Assembly: GCA_038496445.1 (NCBI GenBank)
Contig: JALMLS010000079.1
Coordinates: 158,758-222,757, forward strand
Direction: 5' to 3'
Source of the DNA: Trichosphaerium sp. ATCC 40318
Lineage: Eukaryota > Protista > Tubulinea
Length of the DNA: 64,000 nucleotides
Shown here: one piece after another, positions 52,692 through 62,827 of the stretch
Layout: every line of letters begins with the position of its first letter
Position numbering within the stretch: position 1 is the first letter of the stretch
Position numbers and translations under genes: made by a program
Notes under the pieces: generated by a model
The model's input: the letters and a program-made list of their open reading frames with translations, nothing else
Databases searched by the model: none
Told to the model about the DNA's origin: nothing

Positions 52692-54722
52692 GACTTTTTC
52701 TGTCTCTGAACGACTTAAATAAAGTTGTGAATAAGAAAAGTTGAGAAAGTTTGGTAAAAAAAGGTCGTTGGATGCTTTTTTCGTTGGTCCAGGACTTGAC
52801 CTTAGTTTGTCCTCGCTACATTGAAAGATGTAGTGGGTGCTAAAAGGTAGCTAATCCATATTTTGCTTATTAAAAGGAATTGCGTGCTCTCAGTGAAAAA
52901 CAAAAAGAGCTCAACACTGCGATTGTAGTGTGACGTCTTTTTTATCGCTCTTACCGGTCAACTCCATAGTTTTTCGAAAAAAACGTTTACGGTTTAACAC
53001 GTGCTCAAAAACCGAAATAAACTTGATTCACGCTGTAAAATTGGTAATCTCATCGCAATTACGTTTAATAAGGTTAACGTACTCATTGGTGATCTCTTTA
53101 TTGCTTTTGAGGGAGCCGAGAATCGGTTTTAAACTCATTTGACAGCGCTAGAATATCTAAACATGCGGTAAGGATTATCAAATCTTCACATTATGTGTAC
53201 CTTGTTTGGGCTAGGTTTTGTGTTTATTAGTGCTAATTATAGGTCAACTTAGTTAGAGCGAATTTTGTTAAGCAGTGCCACTTGTTGTACACACGTAAAT
53301 ACGCATGGGAAACATGTTGTCACTAGTTTTAGTGCGTTTGTGTTATTTTGAAAGTCAAAAAAAAATCAATACTGTTAACGTTTTCAAAACTCAAATCAAA
53401 AAAATACCAAAAACAGTGCGTCAAACTACTCCAATAATCACACTTACACAAGGATAGGCAGTTGGATGCGTTTAACAACAAAGTGCAACACACATGGTAG
53501 CGTTTCTTAAAACTCAAAGTAGGTATGCAAGAAGGTGCAGAGTTACAGTATCAAGTTCGAAAAATAGAGTTGCTTGAATACGAGAGTAAACAAGAAAAAA
53601 ACTTTGAATTTTGGGAATTGGATGAGGATTTTATTGCTAGTCAAGTTCCTGCTAATGATAAAAGAGTACGCAAGGCATTTGAATGGAGTGCACTAAAGGG
53701 TTTTGGATGAAAATAATGGCATTGGAGATGAGACTTTTTGTCTTTAATACGGAAAAATGACTAAAAAACTTAATCGACTGATGGAGAATGGTCAATAGTA
53801 TTTAGAGCTCTCCTAAGCTACACGCATACACCTAACATATAGTAGCTTGTATACAAAAAATAAATTCACTGTTTTATGGGTTTCTAAGTTGTTGACGATT
53901 TTTATTGTATGATCCTTTATAGTTGTAGTATTCCAAGCGAAGTCCGTTGGTGGAAGTTGCAAGAGGGCAACCTGAAAGAGGAAATAATTAAAGAGCAATT
54001 GAACATAAATTGACGATTCTTCATACCAAATGCAATAAGGCCTACATGTAGGGACTGATAATCCCAAGAAATTACCATAAAGGGCAGTTTGGAAAGCTGA
54101 AACTCTCGCAGCAGTCACATGATACTAAACAGCTTTTATTACGATAGAAAGTAAATAGAAATACGAGAACACTCGCTTGATGTGTTGCCATCCGAAATAC
54201 AATTGCTTGAAAAATTGAACAACCTGAATCCCAAATTCGCAAAAGAATACGCTATCTAAAGAGGTTATAGAATAAGTTTGTAACAGCACCACCGGAAAAT
54301 AAATTTAACGAAAACTCAGTCAAATTAGACTACCAAAACTGCAAACCAACACTTTACAAGATTGAAATTAAGCTTTGATTGTATTGTCAGTACAACACAA
54401 GAAACCAACTTTTAACTGCGTTTTGGAATTATCCCAAGCGCGTATTACAAGAATTCGTAAAAAGATCACCAGCACAATTTTAGGTTCGTTGACATCCTGA
54501 AAGTACACTCACTAGCTCAATCCAGCACAAATGTAATGTGGCAGGTTTTCTACGTACTATTGTCTGTATCGCTCAAATTTGTTTGGTACCTTTTTTTATG
54601 GAGTCCAATCAAAGTTACAACCAAAACACTTGCGTAGTAGTAGTGGCAGTCTTTGCATTAAGTTACAAAGCCTTCTTTGAATGGATATTGAACAAACTTC
54701 GTAAAACTACAACACCCCAACA

Positions 54723-55075
54723 ATGCAAGCAACTCTTATTATTCTCTTAGGTATTGCTATTACCACCGTTGCTCTTTCTTGCGACTTACCAAGCATTGAT
54801 GTATGCCAGGACGCCTTTACAGACTGTATTGGTCTCCTTCCAGTGTATGTCATGGTTTTTTTTAGTTTGCTTTTTTTTTTTCGCTTATTTGTTTGGCTAG
54901 AACCGAACACTGCACGTGTTACAAGAACGATATTTCATGTCTTCAAGGTATTGGATGTCAAGATCAACCAGTATGGAACAAGCTTGTAGCTATTTGCAAA
55001 ATGTCGCAAGTATGTCAAAACTGTACTGTGTGGATTGCTTAGGCCGCGAATAAACTTGTTACCCTGAATTGTTGA
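54723..55075 (+). CDS. Small secreted Cys-rich protein (~87 aa, 3 exons)
   Basis: Spliced: MQATLIILLGIAITTVALSCDLPSIDVCQDAFTDCIGLLPVTEHCTCYKNDISCLQGIGCQDQPVWNKLVAICKMSQAANKLVTLNC*. Confidence 0.7.
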
Positions 55076-55454
55076 TTTGTTGTTTCATTAGCAAGTTTGT
55101 GAGTTTAGCTATTTTCAGTTAGGCTATAATAACGCAATAGCCTATCCGCTGTGTTAGATCCCTATAGTACATTGGCTATTACAAACGACAACAGATTAGA
55201 AAAGAACCTAGTCTTGGCTTGAATGGTCCCGAAGCCTGAGACCTTGTTTTATTAACAAGAAAAACTTCCGTGTATATTGTGTACTTGCCTCTAGGTTGTT
55301 GACTTTGTCTGTCAAGTCGCCAACCTCCCTCTAACGTCCCTAAAACCCATAAAGTTGTTTAACAGAATATTACAATGATTTCTTTGCGTATAACTCCATG
55401 TGCAAGAAATTAGAGTTCTAACAAGAAACTATTTTGAAAACATTTTTTGATTTA

Positions 55455-58400
55455 TCACATGTCTTGCAAGTTCTCTTTTGCACGAGAAAATTTGAACCTA
55501 CCCATTACATACGGAGAAGAAATATCCGCAAGCATAAATTGTGGGACCTTGTCAAACGAAATTACACAAGAAGGTAGACTACATCCAGTTTCGGCGTCGC
55601 TGTTCCTCTTGTAACTTAATTTCTTCAAATTGTAAGCCTTTTCTATACTTTCTTGTAGCATTAACATCCTCTCATCTCCTTCATCCATCGTAAATCCAGA
55701 TACATTAACAGATACACCAGGTGTATTACAAACAAGAAGTTGAATTTTTAAGATCGATCCAAAAAGACTTTCGAAGCAAGAAATGATGGAATACACAATA
55801 TTGTTAGGCTTGACAGCGATAACAATATTATATATAGTATGGCTATTAGTGGTATCAACTTTTCTGGTAATGTTGAGAGGAGATACGTTGTAATAGTTGA
55901 GCATTTCTCTTGTCTTCTCAAAAGCCGAATTGATTTTAAGGAAATCTGAAGATGAAAGAAAGACCTTCATTATTGGTTCATGGTCTTCCTTATCAAGAAA
56001 CCGAATAGCTCGTTGAAGTCCTCTAGGATCATTTAGTTCAAAAGAACTTAATTCTAAGATAATCATTAGAAAAGTAGTGCGTACGAGGTGTCAGATCACC
56101 AAAAAAACAAAACAAAAAAAAAAAATTAATAGAACGTACTTTGCGGTTGTTCCTTATTGTCGACTGTTTGTGTAGCTTGGCGTCCAACCGGTTCTTCTTG
56201 TTCTTTATGTTGTTGCTTTGTTGAATTAGACGATTCTTGGTTCAGATTCGGTTTTGGATGGCTTTCTTTCACATCGAGTGTAAACGAGTGTTGCAATTCA
56301 GCTGGAACACCTTGGACAAGCCAATCGCTTTTCTGTTGTACTTCTCTGGGAGGGTTATATTCGAATGGAATAAATTCATACGCTGTAGGTTTTACATCAT
56401 CACTTGTAGAGGGTAGTTGAGCAGAAACAGGTTTGTTTGGTTTGTAAGCATATTTTGTAAAGTCAAACTTTGGACTTTTGTTTTCTATCTTGTCTTTGTT
56501 TTGAACCAATTTGGCTTTGGTATTAGTGGAACTTGTTGGTGACACATGAAATTCTGTATCTTGTTTCTTCGCCTTTAATGAAGGGACACGAGGAGTAACT
56601 TTTTTTGTGATGACTCCTTTTTTTGGCCTTCTTGTCATTGGTGTCTTGTACGACTCTGACATCTTCTTCAATTTCTCTTCTCTTTGTTTTTCGTATGCTC
56701 TGTAAGCAGCTTCAAACTCATTCAAGTCATTCTTCCACATTTGCTTCAAAGATATTTTGGAAAGGTCGGAAATAGCTTTTCGCTTGTCTTCAAGCTCATT
56801 CGATACATTCTGGATGTTTTCACTGCTAATACAGCTGAAAGGAAGCTTTAAGAAATCAGTGTAGTCTACAGGGGTGACCTCTGGAGATGGTAATGCATCT
56901 TAGGAGAAGAGGTTAATATAGAATAAAATCAGTGTCAAAACAAAAGAAGAAATGCATTTCATTGGTTGTTACGTACCTTCACGGAGAGAAGTCACTGTTT
57001 TACGCATAGATTCGATGTCTTTCCCAAACAAATCAATCTTTTTGGTCGACAGGTATACAAGAAACTTGAGCTTTGCAGCAAGAACGCACTCTTCATGTTT
57101 GAGCCTCTTTAGCATAGATACCTATTTTCATGAACGTCAGTTGTACCTTTAGAAAATAATGTCACGTGTAAATCACGTGATGTTTTACGAGTTTACCTTC
57201 CTGTCAGCGTATCTAGAGAGCCTGTAATCATAAAACGCCTTCATAATATCTTCAATAGTATCATACTTTTGAATATTGCCATGATGATCAAAGAGATTAA
57301 TGTTGTTCCTTGATAAGGTTGTAGAAAGTCTGAATTTTTTGATAATCTCTTGATCAGACATTTCAAATAATGTAGGTACAGTAACATTAAAGGTAACTAA
57401 AAAGCACGTGTTTACATAAGACGCTGTTTCGAAAAACAAGAAAAGAGTAGGTAATATCTTTTTGACTCACCTTCATCAGGTACTCGTACTGGTACAGCAT
57501 ACTCCTCGATAATACCATAGCGGGGATCAGAGAGCTTATTGAGAGTATTTTTATAGTCGGTAATAGAATTGTTTGGAATCTCTGTTATGACCAAAGTCGT
57601 GTCATCTAAGCGATAAAAGATACCACTGTGAAAACTTGTAAGTATTTAAAACCAAAACATTAAACGTACCTCTTAACCCATAACTGCCTTTTTTTATTCC
57701 ACTCAATTTTGCCTTTGAACCCTCTATACCAAGGGTTCATAATCTGAAGCTCTTCACCGTCGAGTAATCGTCTATAAGAACAAGATCAATACATTAATGG
57801 AAAAACGTGACTCACCTTAAATTGTGTACAATTTCTATTGGATTAAATTGAGGCAATGAACATGATACTCCTTGGCCAATACCCTGTGTACCATTCACAA
57901 GTACCATAGGTATAATAGGTAGATAATAATCAGGTTCAATAGTATCTCCAGCGTCGACAAGATAATTCAAGAGAAGATCGTCTTTAGGATGGAATATTGT
58001 TCTTGTCAATTTAGATAGGTTGGTAAAAATATACCGAGAACTAGCATGATCTTTACCGGCATCATTTCTTGTACCGAACTGCCCCAAAGGTTCCAATAAG
58101 TTTATGTTATTGCTACCGATATAGTTTTGCCCCATACGTATGATTGTGTTTGTTAAGGAGCCCTCTCCGTGATGGTAAGCACTTTTCTCGCTGAGAATAA
58201 AATTAATAAGTATCAAAAAAGATGTCGCTGAAAATGTTGGCACCTCACATAGCCGCAAAGTTCTGCTACTTTAATTTCTTTTCTGCTCTTTCTTTTCAAA
58301 CAACCATAAAGTACTTTGCGTTGTGAAGGTTTTAACCCATCAACAATAGATGACACACAACGCTTGATATCAGCAATCGGATACTACATGTCATTTTTTG

Positions 58401-60212
58401 TTAGAATAAAATTCTTGAAATTCCTCTGGCAGTACCATTATCAACTCCTTGTCAATAAAGTCCTTAATGCTCACAGACAATGAAGAAGTATCCAAGTAAA
58501 TATCTGGGTTGTAAGTGCGCATCCAAGCCTTCCTTGAATTAATTTTATGTCGACTAAAAGCCATATCAATCGCATCATCATCTTGCTCATCTTATTGGGT
58601 TTTTAGTTGACAAAAATAGACTCATCACGTGATACATACTCGTAGGTAAAAACATAATCTTATGACGCTCTAAATTCGAAAAAAACTCGGTTGCTTGTAC
58701 ACTTGTGAATGTACCAAGACCTCTGGAGTATAGTGATTTCCATTGATTGACATCATTTGTTTTTTTCCATGCCTCAAATTCTGGAGCTGAATAAAAATCT
58801 AGCTTCTCACCATTTCGTTCTAGCTAAAGTATTGAAGTTAATATTTTCATAAAAGAGCGTTCTAGTGTACAATAACAATGGGTGTTATGAATTCAAACAA
58901 AAAGTTGGGAAGTTTCAATAACTCAGGCCAATAAAAGTGAAAAAAATTGATCATGAGTGCTTTGATGTGAGTCCCATCCACATCTTGGTCCGTCCTAAAC
59001 ATTACATGTAAAGAAATCAAGTACATGGATAACGGTAAATTCAAAAAGACCAGAGACGTACATTAGCATTACACTCCCATATCTCAAGTCATCAGTTGAT
59101 GTATACTGTTTACCAAGTTCAAGTCCAAGAGCGGTTTGTACGTTTTTTAGCTCCTCGTTCATACCTCTAGAGCTAACTCTAACATTCAAGGGTTTGCCCT
59201 GTAATGGGAATACACCGTAATATTTCTTTTGCTTAGTGGCCCGAATACCAGAGAGTGCCAGAGCCTATGATGTATAAAAAAAGAATGAACAAAATGTCAG
59301 CAACACGCACTTTTGCAGAATCGCCTTCAGTGATTATCAGAGTACATTTAGTAGACTCGCTTGTCCCTGCTTTTGGTGCATCTGATAGCTTTCTAACAGA
59401 AACTTTTTTTTTAATGTCACGTGATTTGCACGTTTGTTTTTTTACTGATTTTGTCTCGTTCTCTTTTTTTTCTGAAACATTAGCTTCACTCACATCTACC
59501 ACAGAATGAGTTTCTCTAAATTTCAAGAAGACTTTTAGTACCCTTCGCATCAAGCTTCTCAGCAATAAACTTAATAATACAAGAAGGAGCTTTAAGTATA
59601 TAGTTAAGAACTTGTGTTCGAATAAAGACTTACTTGACAGCGCCAGAGTATTTTTTCGTAGAGCGTCAATATCAACTTGATGACCTTCGTCTATACGAAA
59701 TTTAAGGATTGTGCCCGTTGTGATCAACGTGGGGTCACATTTAAGCGACACTGTATCGTTCTTTGTGAAAATATAACAATTCACTTGTCCACCGTTGGAA
59801 ACTTCAATGCGAACAGAAGAGCTAAAAGAAAAAAAGGGTCAGCAAAAACCGTTTAACCTGTTTTCTTAGAAACGGTGAATAGTACCTTATCGATAAAGCT
59901 TCTTTTATAAATGGTGGTGGAGGGCAGGAGCCTTTGGAGTCACCGCTGAATAAAACTACATAACAATTAAAAAAAACGCGCCAAAAAGCATGTTTGACGC
60001 GGTTTGTACGTTGTCTGCCTATCCAGAAGATGATTTCTCTGTCTCGAATGGTAATATTCAAAAAAGTTGGTTCTGCGTTTACTAAAGCACGTGTTATAAC
60101 ATCAAATACCCTATATACGTCATGTGGGCGTTGTTTTTTAACACTTTTGATTAAATTAGCTTTTTGATCTTGTGTAAGACTCGTCGCACTCTGGTTCTGC
60201 AGTAGTCTCCAT
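55455..60212 (-). CDS. Type IIA DNA topoisomerase-like protein: degenerate GHKL remnant, intact TOPRIM and WHD cleavage core, extra C-terminal domain
   Basis: CTLIITEGDSAK, GVFPLQGKPLNVR, LRYGSVMLMTDQDVDGTHIK, DGLKPSQRKVLY, AYHHGE, GQFGTR..KDHASSRYIFT (catalytic Tyr), IIPMVLVNGTQGIGQG, MWKNDLNEF. Likely start METTAEPE at 60212; alternative start at 60436. Confidence 0.9.
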
Positions 60213-60934
60213 TTTGTTGTCGAGTCAACTGCTTGTTTTGATATCGCCTTTGTCGAACTTGTTTAAGGCACGTGAATGCTTGTGTACCACAAACTAAGCA
60301 ATGACTGGAAAAAAGAGCTCAAGGTCGTATCAAGCACCAGGAGCTATTATACTAATTTTGATATCAGTGAATAATTATTGAATAAAAGTAGTAAGTTGAC
60401 CGAGAAAACACTAGATATTAAGTTTGGGAGATCCATACTTAGTACCTTTGATAATTTTGCTCTAAAAACACTGCAAGTAGCTGGGATACAAGTACTAAAC
60501 GCTGTTAATGAGTCGTGGCCTTCCTACCGCAGATGGGTATGATTAATCGAGTTTACAGCTGCAATTACGATCTATCGCACTATTGTAGCCAATTGCATCA
60601 ATTGTTGCACAAATCACCTCGAACTACGGAATTCACATTTTTAATAGGGCAACGGTACCTCGTATAGAGACTTCTAATACGTCTAGACACCAAAGCGGTA
60701 AAAAGAAAGCCAAATCGAACAGAGGTTAGTAAATAAGTTTAAAACTACGCAAATAATCAATGAATTCGTTCGTAGGTCATAGAAAACGCGAAAGCGAGGA
60801 TACATACGATAATTACAGCAACAAAGATGATAATTCAGACTTAGGTGGTAAAAACGAACATACAAAGGTGTGAGGCGTTACATTTAGTAGTTTAAAGCTG
60901 TTTATACTACAATGAAACTCTCGCTGTATTGAAT

Positions 60935-61708
60935 ATGAAGGCACGCAGCGGAAGAGATATGAGGGAGAGACGTAAATCAGATAAAGAACCTGTAACTGAA
61001 CCGAGATCCAGGGTTGTAAGAAAACATACGTGAGTAGTTGCAAGAGAAAAAAAGATAAATGAAAAAAAAAAAAAAAAAAAGAAGTCAAGCTTGACAACGT
61101 TTGAATATCACGTTGATATTTTTCTCTAGATTTGAAAAAACAGTTGAATCTGAACCTTCTCAAAAAGATCTTGATAAGAGAAAACGAAGGTACGTTTCAA
61201 GAGCACGTTGTTTAAGAGAGTGTATTGTTTTTTTGCCAAGACGACACGAAAAAGTGAACACAGCCGCCTGACTATTCGTTTAGATACAACGCAATTAAAA
61301 AACGGAAAGTCCCCCATAATGGATCAGAGAACTCTACTATAATACAAGGAGTTATTGTACCTGAGATTGATCAAGTACGTTTTCTGAATGGGAATATACC
61401 TACACGTCATTTTTTTTTCTCTGGATGGTAACTAACGTTTGATTTAGCTTATGAATGATCCAAAGAATGAGAATGTTAAAGACCTATTGGACCGCTTTAT
61501 TACCTCTGTTACTAATTTAGAGCAACGACAAGCTGGTATCGTAGACAGCATGTTTATTCAATTTATGCGAGCAATACAAAAGTACACTTACTAACAATTC
61601 TGTTTTTTTCTTACCGTCGTGCTTTTTAGGAAGCAAGGTGATCTTCGTCTTGGGGTTAGTGTAGCTATTACTCCAGATGCACCCGTCAGTGAAGTAGCTC
61701 AGTCTTAA
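60935..61708 (+). CDS. Hypothetical basic, probably nuclear protein
   Basis: Five exons join in frame via GT-AG introns (..KDLDKRKRR/YNAIKKRKV../LMNDPKNENVKDLLDRF../KQGDLRLGVS..AQS*). Confidence 0.5.
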
Positions 61709-62827
61709 GCGGTGGCGTGCTCGTGTAAATGTAGAGGAGCAGAATGAAAAGCCATACTTTTTGTAAATAAATTTTATATTGTTTTGATCTCTCTTTCGAC
61801 CATCATGATACTCCAAAGCAAGATAATTGCCGTAATAGTGAGCACAGTTCTATATCTCAGTATGAAGGGTTTAAGTTATGAGAAGTTGCTTACTGTTATT
61901 ATCCTCAACGATTCGTAAAGGAAATGAACACGTTTTATGCCGATCTGATAAAAGAGGTGACGTTTCATTACCGACTTAGTATAAATTACCCTCCCTAAGG
62001 AGGTATGGTAAGCACTTTTTAAATTGTAAGGAAGTACTGTTTTAAAAGTACAGTGTTCACTATTTTGTGTAAAGAAAAATAAAAAGTTAAAAAAGGGAGA
62101 AACTTGGACTGATGTATGGAGACAGAGTACCAGTTGAGTAGGTTTTTAGGGTAAGCGTTCACTTACCTTTTTTGTGACTAACTGCCAATAAGGCAGATTT
62201 ATCTGTGTTTGCTGTAGCGCTTGTGTCGGGTAGTACTAGAGAAGTTCGGGTAGTTATTTCGGCGTATGGCGGTTGGTCAGCCCCCGAATATAGTATCTTA
62301 CCCATGTGACCTCTCTCATGGACTCTAGTGATACTGTATACGCTTTTAAAATAGTTTCTCGCGTGGAGGGCCGACTCTTGGGCTTTTCTTAACTACTCTT
62401 ACGTTGTTATCCTTACTACCCTTATAAGCTTTTTTTAGTAGTAGCGGTGTTACAACGGTGCGCTAGTATCACACTCTAAAACAAGTGTATCACAATATAA
62501 TAGGTTTGAGTTTTAAAAAAACCGTAACTTCAGTTGTACTCAATGAAGAACATCCAGTAACTATTTTACCAAAAAAAAATCACTTGGCTCGTCGTGTTTT
62601 TTTCTTTTTTTTGAGCACTGTTAGCATATTTTTGTACCGCCTTACAGCTCATGTAAATCTCTCCTTTAAGTTTTAATGTATCAACATAGTAACTAAGAAC
62701 AACTTCGCACCTAAAAAGGGCTATACACAAGTTTTTTAGGTAAATTTCCAGAACGGTAAAAAATGTTGATCACAAATTCTCCTCTCCAACACTAGCTACC
62801 ACACCTCACCAAAACGCTATAACTACC

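Noticed and set aside
53525-54300. Coding-like fragments (e.g. IPSEVRWWKLQEG, LDVLPSEIQLLEKLNNL)
   Set aside because: Multiple stops and no consistent splice model. This may be an old pseudogene, but it is not supportable as a feature.
49937-55957. Long-TIR DNA transposon or Polinton-like element
   Set aside because: The arms are host gene sequence with introns and the left arm is decayed. No transposase, integrase or target-site duplication was seen.
60213-60900. Missing topoisomerase ATPase exons upstream
   Set aside because: No GHKL or transducer motifs were seen here, and the degenerate GHKL motifs already lie in order downstream. At most, a short hydrophobic N-terminal extension from ATG 60436 is possible.
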